A stretch of DNA of 32,000 nucleotides from Dickeya solani IPO 2222 (lineage in GTDB: Bacteria > Pseudomonadota > Gammaproteobacteria > Enterobacterales > Enterobacteriaceae): NCBI RefSeq assembly GCF_001644705.1, contig NZ_CP015137.1:3270001-3302000 (forward strand), in the 5' to 3' direction. Below are positions 16,069 to 25,036 of this stretch, one piece after another; the stretch's first letter is position 1, and each line of letters starts with the position of its first letter. The notes under the pieces were generated by a model. It made no database searches, was not told where the DNA came from, and was given only the letters and a program-made list of their open reading frames with translations. The position numbers were made by a program, and so were the translations under genes.

Positions 16069-17832
16069 ATGCACGATAATTTGAATGAGACGGCTGGCAA
16101 GATAGCCGATATCGTAAAATCCTATCTGGTTCAGGCGCAGGATGATCGTTTTGAGCCGGAAGGGCGTATATTTCTGGAAAAACAAATCAGCGCCTTCCTG
16201 CACGCTTCTGAACCCGTCAGGTTTGTCCTGCCCGGTTTCCCTTGCAAATCCCCCAATATTGTCGACAAATCGTTCGGCATTTTGCCGGATTATGGCGATG
16301 TGATTTCCATCAATCGTCTGGAATCGTTGGCGAAAGCGATTCAGGCGTTATATGAACCCGGCAGTCAGGTGACCATTCTGAGTGATGGTATAACCTTTAA
16401 TGATATTGTCGAGGTTCCGGATGCAATCCGCAAAGAATATAACCAGCAGCTACGCGCGCTGATTCAGTCACCTTATATTGAATGGAAAGAACTCCGGGAT
16501 TTTCTCCCTGAAACGCGTTCGGATGATGAAACCCGTAAAGCGCTGATCAAATCGGCCGGATTACCGTACAAGGGCATCGCTGATTTTATCAAGCGCGTCG
16601 GGAATCACGACGAACTGGCGGCGACGCACGATAAAATCTGCAGTTATTTGTATAACGATGTGCGGCTGAACCGGCAACCTCAGCAGTCTAATGAAGACTA
16701 CCTGAACAGTGTGGCGGAAAAAGCCTATCAGATGATGTACCGCGGTCAGGCCTTGAGCGCGCTGGTGGAGCGAGCCTTCCCTGACGCTATTCGCCTGTCG
16801 GTTCATCAGTATGACAACGACGGCCCGAAATTTACCTTTGGTTTTGCCGACGGCCTTGCCACCGTGCGTCAACCGTGGCACAGCGTGCCGGTTCTGTCGG
16901 CGTCGGGGAATGTATCCCTACAGGGCCATGCCAGCGTTGATAAAGACCGCCATGTGCTGGTGACCTATCAGGGGCGCCCCTGGGTGTATGTGGAAGCTGG
17001 GGACGCCAGCGCCGGGAAGTTCGATTACGAATTACTCAAACAACCGCTGTTCGGCCTGAAGATTGACGATCCGCAGGGGCTGGGGGTTGAGGCGCTGCCG
17101 CCGGCGTTTCTGGCGTTCCTGTCCGCTCAGTTCGGTTTCGTGTGTATCAAGGGCGTGCAGTTTGAGCGCAGCGAGCAGCTGGAAACGTTTTGCCAGCCGT
17201 TCGGCGAGATTTTCCAGTGGCAGTTCGGCGCGGTGCATGTGGTGAAACCGGAGGAAAAACCGAGCGGATTCGTACATTCGCTGGAGAAAACGCCGATACA
17301 CTGGGACCTGAGCATGATCCGGCTGGATCACGAACAGGTTGGCGGTAATCCCTGGTTTACCGCAGAGCGCTTCATGCTGTATTGCAAGACCCCGCCGAAG
17401 AAAGGTGAGGGCAGCACCACGGTGGTGGATGGCCGCATCGTAATGGATATGGTCGGCCCGGACGTGGTGAAAAAATGGGAAGACGTTCACATCACCTATA
17501 ACACCCCGATGACCTATTTCGGCGGCAAACCACGCACTTATCCGCTGGTGTACGCGCACCCGAAAACCGGCAAAAAGGCGTTTCGCTATCAGGAAGGCAG
17601 CGACTCCGACTTGCAGAAGTTTACCGTTGAGGTGGAAGGCGTTTCTGGGCAGGAGAGCCAGGCCTTCATCGGGGAGCTTGACCGGCTGGTGTACGATGAG
17701 CGCTGCATGATTGCCCATGACTGGGATCAGGGCGACCTGCTGATCATCGATAACTGGCAGACGCTGCACGGCCGGCTGCCGATGACCGAAGCATCACGCG
17801 GTCGTGAGCTGTGGCGGGTGCAGGTGTTTTAA
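16069..17832 (+). CDS. Fused isocyanide synthase (IsnA/PvcA-like) and Fe(II)/2-oxoglutarate dioxygenase (IsnB/PvcB, TauD/TfdA-like)
   Basis: 587 aa. The N-terminal half has 'LPGFPCKSPNIVDKSFGILPDYGD', 'ILSDGITFND', 'RLSVHQY' and 'QPWHS'. The C-terminal half has an HxD motif ('IHWDLS') and the distal 'DNWQTLHGR', as in TauD/TfdA enzymes. GGAG SD 7 nt upstream of the ATG. Confidence 0.85.
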   Translation: MHDNLNETAGKIADIVKSYLVQAQDDRFEPEGRIFLEKQISAFLHASEPVRFVLPGFPCKSPNIVDKSFGILPDYGDVISINRLESLAKAIQALYEPGSQVTILSDGITFNDIVEVPDAIRKEYNQQLRALIQSPYIEWKELRDFLPETRSDDETRKALIKSAGLPYKGIADFIKRVGNHDELAATHDKICSYLYNDVRLNRQPQQSNEDYLNSVAEKAYQMMYRGQALSALVERAFPDAIRLSVHQYDNDGPKFTFGFADGLATVRQPWHSVPVLSASGNVSLQGHASVDKDRHVLVTYQGRPWVYVEAGDASAGKFDYELLKQPLFGLKIDDPQGLGVEALPPAFLAFLSAQFGFVCIKGVQFERSEQLETFCQPFGEIFQWQFGAVHVVKPEEKPSGFVHSLEKTPIHWDLSMIRLDHEQVGGNPWFTAERFMLYCKTPPKKGEGSTTVVDGRIVMDMVGPDVVKKWEDVHITYNTPMTYFGGKPRTYPLVYAHPKTGKKAFRYQEGSDSDLQKFTVEVEGVSGQESQAFIGELDRLVYDERCMIAHDWDQGDLLIIDNWQTLHGRLPMTEASRGRELWRVQVF

Positions 17833-17853
17833 TCGTCAGGGTACGGCGCGCAA

Positions 17854-17881
17854 GATAACGGGGCGAATCCGCCCCGTTATC
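17854..17881. terminator. Strong stem-loop between convergent genes
   Basis: 12-bp stem GATAACGGGGCG-AATC-CGCCCCGTTATC, located between the stop at 17832 (+) and the stop at 17896 (-). No obvious U-tract. Confidence 0.5.
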
Positions 17882-17895
17882 CATGCCGAAAAGTC

Positions 17896-19116
17896 CTACG
17901 TGTTTTCTCCCGCCTCCAGCGTCTGGCGTTGGGTCAGCGTCGGGAAGTATTTCATCCACAATGCCACCACCAGCAGGGTGCCGACGCCCCCCAGTACGAT
18001 GGCCGGCACGACCCCCAGCCAGGCGGCGGTCACGCCGGATTCAAATTCCCCCAGTTGATTGGAGGTGCCGATGAAGATGGAGTTGGCGGCACTGACCCGG
18101 CCGCGCATGTCATCCGGCGTTTCCAGTTGCACCAGCGTTGAGCGGATCACTACGCTGACCATGTCGGACGCGCCCAGAAACAGCAACGCAAACAACGACA
18201 GAAACAGATTGGTGGACAGGCCAAACGCGATGGTGGCCGCGCCGAACATCGCGACCGCCGAGAACATGATTTTACCGACGCTACGGGTGAGCGGGCGCCG
18301 GCTCAGGTAGACAGACATCAGTACCGCGCCGAGCGCGGGCGCGCAGCGCAGCAGCCCCAGTCCCCACGGGCCGGTGTGCAGGATACCTTTGGCGACGATG
18401 GGCAACAGTGCGGTGGCGCCGCCGAGCAGCACGGCGAACATATCCAATGAGATGGACCCCAGAATCACCGGATTGCGGCGGATGAAGTTCATGCCGCCAA
18501 ACAGACTTTCCAGGCTCACCGGCGTGCGGGCCAGCGCCTTGTATTCATAGCGCAGGTTGAGCAACACCAGAAACGACATCAGAAAGCAGGCTACGCTGGT
18601 GGCGTAAAGCGTGGTGGCGCCGATCAGGTAAATCAGGCCGCCGAGCGCCGGGCCGACGATGACCGTGGCTTCGCGGGCGGAGGCCATCAGCGCCACGGCG
18701 CGGGACAGCAGAGCGGGCGCGATCAGGTTCGGCAGCAGCGCCTGCGTGGCCGGCATTTCAAATGCCCGCGTCGCGCCCAGCAACGCCGAGCAGGCGTAAA
18801 TCATGGTGGCGCTGATGGTATGGGTGACGTTGCCCAGCACTAACACCAGTATGGTGGCGGCCATCAGCAGGCGGCAGCACAGGATAATCACGCGGCGGTT
18901 GTACTGATCCACGGTGTGACCGGCAACCAGCGTCAGCGCCAGCTGCGGCAGAAACTGTGCCAATCCGACCAGGCCCAGATTCAGGGCGCTGTTGGTCAGG
19001 TCATACATCTGCCAGCCAATCCCAACCACCAGCATCTGAAATGCAAAGGAGGAGGCGATTTGTCCGAGCCAGAAACACAGAAAAGTGGGGTTTTTAAGTG
19101 GGGAAGCGGTTTCCAC
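17896..19116 (-). CDS. MFS transporter (EntS/DUF894-like efflux type)
   Basis: 406 aa with multiple hydrophobic segments. The N-terminus 'FLCFWLGQIASSFAFQM' is typical of this MFS subgroup. The start at 19116 is a GTG with a weak SD, so the start is uncertain. Confidence 0.8.
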   Translation of the reverse strand: METASPLKNPTFLCFWLGQIASSFAFQMLVVGIGWQMYDLTNSALNLGLVGLAQFLPQLALTLVAGHTVDQYNRRVIILCCRLLMAATILVLVLGNVTHTISATMIYACSALLGATRAFEMPATQALLPNLIAPALLSRAVALMASAREATVIVGPALGGLIYLIGATTLYATSVACFLMSFLVLLNLRYEYKALARTPVSLESLFGGMNFIRRNPVILGSISLDMFAVLLGGATALLPIVAKGILHTGPWGLGLLRCAPALGAVLMSVYLSRRPLTRSVGKIMFSAVAMFGAATIAFGLSTNLFLSLFALLFLGASDMVSVVIRSTLVQLETPDDMRGRVSAANSIFIGTSNQLGEFESGVTAAWLGVVPAIVLGGVGTLLVVALWMKYFPTLTQRQTLEAGENT

Positions 19117-19465
19117 AGGTTGTTATCCACGACGGCGGTTGTAATGAAAAGTGTTCAGTGTACCCAAGCTGTTGTTTTATTAAACTGAAGTTTTCTCCAC
19201 AGATGTAAGTAAAAAATAACGAATGATGCGGGCTGGTGCGTATTGAAAACCTATGGCCCGGGGTAGCCGTTCAGCCAGCGCGGTGACGAAAAGAAAAGTG
19301 AATGAATTGAGGGGCTTTGATGGCTAAGGATTAGGAATGTTGATTTGTCTGGCTCTTTTTGCTGTCGGCGTGCGGGGAAAGGCGATAAAATAATAAATAC
19401 AGGGTTTTTTATCTATTGATATCTCTAAATTTTATTTAACTTATTTGGTTTTAACGAGGATTTGT

Positions 19466-19807
19466 ATGCAACAGTTGCCCGCTTGCCCGAAATGCCAGTC
19501 TGAATACACCTGGCAGGATGATGCCATGCTTAACTGCCCGGAATGCGGGCACGTGTGGTCGATGCAGGGCGACAGCGGTACGCAGGAAGACGGGCTGGTG
19601 GTGCGCGACGCCAACGGCAACCTGCTGGCGGACGGCGATACCGTTACCGTCGTCAAGGATCTGAAAGTCAAAGGCAGTTCGTCGACGCTGAAAATCGGCA
19701 CCCGCGTGAAGGGGATTCGTCTGGTGGAAGGCGATCACAATATCGATTGCAAGATCGACGGTTTTGGCGCGATGAAGCTGAAATCTGAATTTGTGAAGAA
19801 ACGCTGA
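19466..19807 (+). CDS. yjdM: YjdM/PhnA zinc-ribbon protein
   Basis: Starts at ATG 19466 (GAGGA SD). '[25 protein letters not shown]' and '[50 protein letters not shown]' are near-identical to my recollection of E. coli YjdM. Confidence 0.9.
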   Translation: MQQLPACPKCQSEYTWQDDAMLNCPECGHVWSMQGDSGTQEDGLVVRDANGNLLADGDTVTVVKDLKVKGSSSTLKIGTRVKGIRLVEGDHNIDCKIDGFGAMKLKSEFVKKR

Positions 19808-19865
19808 CCTGAGCAACGGCTGACCTGAACAACAGCTGGTCTGAACAACAGCAATTAACATATCG

Positions 19866-19900
19866 CGCTGCCCGGATTGCTCTGGGCAGCGTTGTCTTTT
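19866..19900. terminator. Rho-independent terminator shared by convergent yjdM and the GGDEF gene
   Basis: Stem CGCTGCCC / GGGCAGCG (8 bp, 10-nt loop) followed by TTGTCTTTT on the plus strand. Confidence 0.6.
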
Positions 19901-20624
19901 AGCTGACTGCGTCGATCGGTATGTATTCCACCCGATTGCGGCCCTGATGCTTGGCCCGGTACAGCGCGGTGTCGGCTGTACTGTACAGGGTGTCGAATCC
20001 GGTGCGCGGCGGCGCCCAACTGACGCCGAAGCTGGCGGTCACCTTCTGCTGAGGCAGCGCCTCCAGCGCGGCGTGATTCAGACTGGCGTGGATATGCTCG
20101 GCGACATCGACTGCCGCCATCAACGTATAACCATCCAGCAGGATGGTGAATTCCTCGCCGCCGACGCGGCCAATGCTGCCTTTTCCCTGCAAGACGTCGC
20201 GGATACGGGCGATCAGCGAGCAGATCACCGCATCGCCGGTCGGATGACCGTAAGCGTCGTTGACCTGTTTGAAGTGGTCGATATCCAGCACGATTAGCGC
20301 CGCCTGATCCTGCTCCAGCGCATGGTCGACCAGATCGATGATCGCGCTGCGGTTGAATACATCGGTCAGCGGGTCGTGGGTGGCTTTGTACTCCAGCTCT
20401 ACCGCCAACTGGTGCAACTGGGTATTGAGGCGGGTCAGCTCTCGCTCCGCGCGGTCGCTGCGGGTAATCAACCGGTGGGTTTCCCGCACCAGCCGCTGAT
20501 AGTGTTCCGCCAGCATAATCAGGCTTTCCCGGTACACCTCCGCCGGCATATCGGCCTGCGCGGCGATGTTACGGGCTGACAGCAGGATGTCATATTCGGG
20601 GGTGAACAGTTCGTAGCTACTCAT
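19899..20624 (-). CDS. GGDEF diguanylate cyclase, SiaD-like
   Basis: I start at ATG 20624, 4 nt after the upstream stop; the 93-codon extension in the track is unlikely. A coiled-coil N-terminus precedes 'THDPLTDVFNR', 'GHPTGD' and the active site 'RVGGEEF'. Confidence 0.85.
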   Translation of the reverse strand: MSSYELFTPEYDILLSARNIAAQADMPAEVYRESLIMLAEHYQRLVRETHRLITRSDRAERELTRLNTQLHQLAVELEYKATHDPLTDVFNRSAIIDLVDHALEQDQAALIVLDIDHFKQVNDAYGHPTGDAVICSLIARIRDVLQGKGSIGRVGGEEFTILLDGYTLMAAVDVAEHIHASLNHAALEALPQQKVTASFGVSWAPPRTGFDTLYSTADTALYRAKHQGRNRVEYIPIDAVS

Positions 20625-20628
20625 GCCG

Positions 20629-21048
20629 TTACTCCAGAATATGAGGATGGAATTCGAGCGCCGAAAAATCGATATGCAGCTCCTGCCCGAACTCCTCGGC
20701 GATGTCGTCTTCCTGGTCGTAATACCAGTGCAACGCGATGGGAAGCTGCTGCTGCGCGGCCTGATCGAGAAGATTAAACAGGCTGAACAGCATTTTGGTG
20801 CTGGAGCTGTTGAAGTAGGGCAGCGACACATGCACATCGATGCGTGCCGGCTGCGTTGCCATGATGGTGAGGCGGGCCTGTAGATAGCGCTGAATCCGCT
20901 CAATCAGGGGGCCGTAAAATGCCGCCGCGTTTTCCGGGTAGGACTCTCCGGACAACGAAAGCTGATGTGCATCAAAGCGAAAATCTACCGTCGGCGTACT
21001 GGCTGTGCCGACGATATGGAGATTGTCCGTTGTTATTATGTCTGTCAT
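20629..21048 (-). CDS. DUF1987 / SiaC-like partner-switch protein
   Basis: 139 aa. 'PTVDFRFDAHQLSLSGESYPENAAAFYGPL' is typical of DUF1987. The gene sits between a SiaB-like and a SiaD-like gene, starting 2 nt after the upstream stop. Confidence 0.7.
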   Translation of the reverse strand: MTDIITTDNLHIVGTASTPTVDFRFDAHQLSLSGESYPENAAAFYGPLIERIQRYLQARLTIMATQPARIDVHVSLPYFNSSSTKMLFSLFNLLDQAAQQQLPIALHWYYDQEDDIAEEFGQELHIDFSALEFHPHILE

Positions 21049-21050
21049 GG

Positions 21051-21602
21051 TTAAATCACCGCCTTCAGATAAAACGTGGAGAGCCCGGTGGTGGCATCGC
21101 TACGAAAGGTGAATTGCAGTGGCTCGCTGGCGTCGCGGGCCACGGTCAACAGGCCGATATCCGCGCCTTTGCTGGAAGCCGGAACGTCTTCACGCAGCGA
21201 GGCCTTATAGGCAAGCCTGATTTCATCAAGCGTCATCGCGCACAGCGGCTCCAGCCGCTGACGCAGCTTCTCCGCATCTGCCGGGTAGACCCGGTTAGCG
21301 CTCAACAAAAAGTATTTTCCCGCCTCAAAACCGATACACACCGAGCCGTGACGGATTTCACTTTCCTGTTCTTCCGACGTGAGCGCCGAGGCAGAGTAAT
21401 GGATGATGTTTTGCACCATTTCCACAAAGCTGGAAAACAGTTTGCGGCGCACATTGGGCGGCACCCGGCTTTTTTCCAGCTGTAGCCGCACCGTTTCCGC
21501 CAGCGAGCAGATGATGTTTTGCGAAAAGTACCCCACGTAGTACAGCGCGATATTTTGCTGTTGGGTGAGATCAATGAATTCAGCGTACTTCGTTTCGGAC
21601 AT
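21051..21602 (-). CDS. SiaB-like small protein kinase (anti-sigma-factor-like fold)
   Basis: 183 aa. Its size and operon position match SiaB, and 'FVEMVQNIIHYS' and 'GADIGLLTVAR' are consistent with an HATPase-like fold. The family call rests on context plus weak motifs. Confidence 0.65.
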   Translation of the reverse strand: MSETKYAEFIDLTQQQNIALYYVGYFSQNIICSLAETVRLQLEKSRVPPNVRRKLFSSFVEMVQNIIHYSASALTSEEQESEIRHGSVCIGFEAGKYFLLSANRVYPADAEKLRQRLEPLCAMTLDEIRLAYKASLREDVPASSKGADIGLLTVARDASEPLQFTFRSDATTGLSTFYLKAVI

Positions 21603-21629
21603 GTTCCGGTTTTACCTGGTTGATAATGT

Positions 21630-22865
21630 TCACGGGTGCCTGAAGCCCCAAAATGTAAGATCGTCCCGTCTTTCCTGCGATCCCTGCCAGGTGTGATGGT
21701 GTTGTAATAGTTGGTTTGCCAGCGCGCTCATGGGTAACTCCCTGACGCGTTGCAGCAGGTTTTGCAGGCGGCGTTTGCCGAATTTGATCTGCCGTTCGCC
21801 GCCAATCTGATCGAGCAGGCCATCGGTGGTGGAAAAGAACAGGTCTTGCGGCGACAGCGGGCGCTGAAAGGCCGGCCAGCTGTAATCGTATGGCGTGTTG
21901 GTATAGCCCACGCCCATGCGGTCGCTGTCGAGCGTCAGCAGTTCACCGCTTGGCGCGTCGAGCAGAAACGCCGTCATGCGGGCGCTGGCCCAGTTGAGGG
22001 TCTGCTCGGCGGTATTGACGTACACCACCAGCGCGTCGCAGCCGTCGTCGGAGGCCGTGGTTTGCCCCGGATAGCCGCTCTTTTGGCCCAGCGTGTCCTT
22101 GATATAGCGATTGATGCTGCTGAGCAATCGTCCCGGCTGGTCCGGGCTGTGTTGCGCCAGCGCCTGTTCCAGCGCCGAGTTGAAAATCAACGTCATGAAG
22201 GCGCCGGGCACGCCATGACCGGTGCAGTCGGCGAGCACCGCCAGCCAGCCGTGTTCATAGCGTCTGAAGGCATAGCAGTCGCCCCCGACGCAGTCGCGCG
22301 GTTCCCAGACCAGACACCAGTCTTTCAGCGTGTCGGCCAGCGTTTGCCGGAACGGCGTGAGCATCGCCCCCTGAATCACGCTGGCATATTCTATACTTTG
22401 TACAATGTGCTGATGCTGGCGTACATGGGTGTCCGACACGATGCGGAACAGATCGATACCCAGGCCGATACCGAGGTAACGGCCGTTTTCGGTAATAATG
22501 AAACCATCAGCCAGAAAGCGGTCGCCGCTGATGACCGCCTTGTCCGCTACGTCGCTCAACGAGGCGGCGGCTTCGACGATCAGCGGGGTTTTATCCATGA
22601 AGGCGATACAGCTTTTTCGGTCATACAGTTCGCGGTAGTAAGGGCGGGCCATCTGCGACAGAAAACTGTGGCGGTTGATCAGGCCGAACGGCCGTCCCTC
22701 TTCCACCACCGGCAGGCTAACCAGATCCTTGTGGCGGCTGAACAGGTGCAATACGGTGGCGTTATCAGTGGTGGGAGACACATCCGGCGTGGTGATACAC
22801 AAGTCGCGTGCACTTGGGAAGGAGACGAAGCGTAACCGATGTTCCTGTGGCGGTAAGGCACTCAT
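21630..22865 (-). CDS. CBS-domain / PP2C (SpoIIE-type) serine phosphatase, functional analogue of SiaA
   Basis: 411 aa. The N-terminal half resembles a CBS pair ('LVSLPVVEEGRPFGLINRHSFL', 'GFIITENGRYLGIG'). The C-terminal half has the PP2C/SpoIIE motifs 'GGDCYAF', 'ADCTGHGVPGA', 'TTDGLLDQ' and 'RDDLTFWGF'. I see no transmembrane segment. Confidence 0.8.
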   Translation of the reverse strand: MSALPPQEHRLRFVSFPSARDLCITTPDVSPTTDNATVLHLFSRHKDLVSLPVVEEGRPFGLINRHSFLSQMARPYYRELYDRKSCIAFMDKTPLIVEAAASLSDVADKAVISGDRFLADGFIITENGRYLGIGLGIDLFRIVSDTHVRQHQHIVQSIEYASVIQGAMLTPFRQTLADTLKDWCLVWEPRDCVGGDCYAFRRYEHGWLAVLADCTGHGVPGAFMTLIFNSALEQALAQHSPDQPGRLLSSINRYIKDTLGQKSGYPGQTTASDDGCDALVVYVNTAEQTLNWASARMTAFLLDAPSGELLTLDSDRMGVGYTNTPYDYSWPAFQRPLSPQDLFFSTTDGLLDQIGGERQIKFGKRRLQNLLQRVRELPMSALANQLLQHHHTWQGSQERRDDLTFWGFRHP

Positions 22866-23307
22866 TGTCTTGTCTTTCTGGGAAAATAAGCTATCGCCAC
22901 GGTAACAGTGGTAGATGACGAAAACATGACAGGCCGCTGAAATGATAAGGAATTGTCAGGTTAATCTTTACAGTCATGACCAAATATTGCTGACATGGTC
23001 GTTTCATGAGCGTTTTTATGCTTTTTTCGTATTAATAAAAAAATAAATTGGCCGATATATTTTAGAGGTAGGTCTGTCTTTTCTATTCCGTGAATGCGGT
23101 GCGAAAAATGAGACTGCGCTGTGTGGTTCGTCAACCACTCTTCTATTTCCTGATAGCTTTGGATGGCATGAGTTTGTTAAGCCGTCCTGCTCGATACTCG
23201 CTTCGGCGGGTATGCTGTTTTTCTTCCGGTGTGCAGGTGTTGGTGCGTCGTAATAAATCAGTGCCCTTAGAGGCATGCAATCGTTAAAAATAAAAAGGAG
23301 TGACATC

Positions 23308-23901
23308 GTGGTCATATCAGGTATTCAGAGTCAAAACATTACATCTTCTTATTCTCAGTCGACTAATGTCACAAATAGCGGTCTTGGTCTTGGGGATAAC
23401 GCCAGCATCGATGCTGGCGGAACAAATAAATCCGGTTCCCTTAAAACCGGAAAAATGAATGATTCGCTAAATAATCAATTTGCAGATAACAATTCCGGCG
23501 ATTCCATTGATGTGGGCGATCGCACCAAATCGCTGGATGAGCGGCTGACTAAAGAGAAACTTCAGAAACAGCAAAGCGAACCTTCCGTTGAGCGTTCGCT
23601 GCGTATGACCGGTATCCCGCTGTATGGCGGCGTGCTGGTTTCCGTGGTGAAATATTCGGATGGTCAAAGCGAAAGTTATAACGTATTTACCGGTAAACGT
23701 ATTACGTCCGCTGATGCGAGCCTGATTGGCTCCCGTGCGCAAACCAGTAATGCCGAGTTTGGTTATTATAGCCAGGGCTTATATAGCGGTATGTCGGCAG
23801 CTGAAGTTTACGAGAAAATACAGCAGATGATGGGCGTGAATTCCGGCGAGGCTTCCTGGACGCTGCCGGGTCGCGGAAGTGAATTGCCGCAATCAAATTG
23901 A
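23308..23901 (+). CDS. Hypothetical Ser/Asn/Gly-rich protein
   Basis: I prefer the GTG at 23308 because AAGGAG lies 7 nt upstream; the track ATG at 23275 has no SD. The N-terminal half is low-complexity, with no recognisable family and no obvious signal peptide. The gene sits in an AT-rich patch. Confidence 0.5.
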   Translation: MVISGIQSQNITSSYSQSTNVTNSGLGLGDNASIDAGGTNKSGSLKTGKMNDSLNNQFADNNSGDSIDVGDRTKSLDERLTKEKLQKQQSEPSVERSLRMTGIPLYGGVLVSVVKYSDGQSESYNVFTGKRITSADASLIGSRAQTSNAEFGYYSQGLYSGMSAAEVYEKIQQMMGVNSGEASWTLPGRGSELPQSN

Positions 23902-23997
23902 TACGCAAAAAATGATCGGCGTTATTTTTGTTATTTCAAAAAATATATCAACGGCCTGATAAATTATCAGGTAGTTAACTGTTTTTATGCTTTTCTT

Positions 23998-24879
23998 TTA
24001 TGTTTTCCCTTTTTTCAGCCTTTCCAGCACCAGGCGCAGCGCCTTATTCAGTGGTTTATCCTGTCGCATAACAATAGCCAGTGTTCGGTTCAGCGTCGGA
24101 CTCAGCGGCCGGATGTGAAACGCTGACGCCAGCACGTCAGAGCCCACCGACAGTTTAGGTACGATGCTGCATCCCAGCCCGGCCAACACCATTTCTTTCA
24201 GTGCTTCGATACTACCCAGCTCCATTACCGGCTGCGGCTGTGTGCCTGCGTCGTTGAACCAGCGGTCGATCAACGTGCGCGTGCTGCTACCGCGCTCGAA
24301 TAGAATAAGCGGTCGGGTGTGCAGAAACGCCGGCGAGATGCTTTCGGGGAATGTGGGATCGTTGCTGATGGCAACCAGTTCGTCTTCCATCACCGGTGTA
24401 ACCGCGACGTTGGCGCTGGGGATGGGTAGGGTCACCAGCCCAACATCGATACGGTTGTCGATCACCGCCTGAATGATGTCGCGGGTGTTGCCGGTGCGCA
24501 CGCCCACCGTTAGCCGGGGATAGTCCTGTCGCAACTGGCGCAGTAACGGCGGCATCAGGTGAATACAGGCCGTGGCGCCGGTGCCCAGAATCACATGCCC
24601 CATGACATCTTCGGTATATTCGGCGATGGCCTGACGGGTTTCGCCCACCAGTTGGCGAATCTGTTCCGCTTTGATTAACAACGTATCGCCCGCCGGCGTT
24701 GGCCGCAGGTTTTTACCACTGCGCTCGGCCAGCCGCGCACCAAAATAGTGCTCCAACTGGCGGAATTGCTGGCTGACCGCAGGCTGACTCAGATTGAGCC
24801 GGTTGGCCGCCGCGGAAAAGCTGCCCTCCCGCATCACCGTGATAAAGGTTTCCAGCAGTTCCAGATTCAACCTGGCCAT
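23998..24879 (-). CDS. LysR-family transcriptional regulator
   Basis: 293 aa with the helix-turn-helix 'FSAAANRLNLSQPAVSQQFRQLE'. Divergent from the GNAT gene. Confidence 0.9.
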   Translation of the reverse strand: MARLNLELLETFITVMREGSFSAAANRLNLSQPAVSQQFRQLEHYFGARLAERSGKNLRPTPAGDTLLIKAEQIRQLVGETRQAIAEYTEDVMGHVILGTGATACIHLMPPLLRQLRQDYPRLTVGVRTGNTRDIIQAVIDNRIDVGLVTLPIPSANVAVTPVMEDELVAISNDPTFPESISPAFLHTRPLILFERGSSTRTLIDRWFNDAGTQPQPVMELGSIEALKEMVLAGLGCSIVPKLSVGSDVLASAFHIRPLSPTLNRTLAIVMRQDKPLNKALRLVLERLKKGKT

Positions 24880-25036
24880 ATCAAACTTTCCTTTATGACG
24901 AGCATAAGTGTTTATGTCTGTTGCCGATATCGGGTGTTGGTTAAGCTAGCTGGTGTCCCGTTCCCGCACTCGTTGGTTTGTGCGGTAACGAGGCGCAGCC
25001 TAATCGCTAACCCGCTGTTCTGACAAGGATACACCA

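Noticed and set aside
15825-16079. 84-aa ORF in the gap between the HAD gene and the IsnA-IsnB fusion
   Set aside because: It is AT-rich and hydrophobic or low-complexity, with no SD, and it overlaps the start of the well-supported 16069 gene. This stretch is more likely a promoter region.
21750-22835. 361-aa plus-strand ORF antisense to the CBS-PP2C phosphatase gene
   Set aside because: The sequence is low-complexity, Arg/Ala/Gln-rich and has no recognisable domain. The opposite strand carries clear PP2C motifs, so this is a high-GC antisense artefact. The same reasoning applies to 14562..15362 (-), 17032..17769 (-), 28349..29056 (-), 28855..29340 (+), 29668..30534 (-) and 30662..31207 (+).
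23016-23315. 99-aa minus-strand ORF upstream of the S/N/G-rich protein
   Set aside because: It lies in AT-rich intergenic DNA, has no SD or motifs, and overlaps the better-supported GTG start and SD at 23295-23310.
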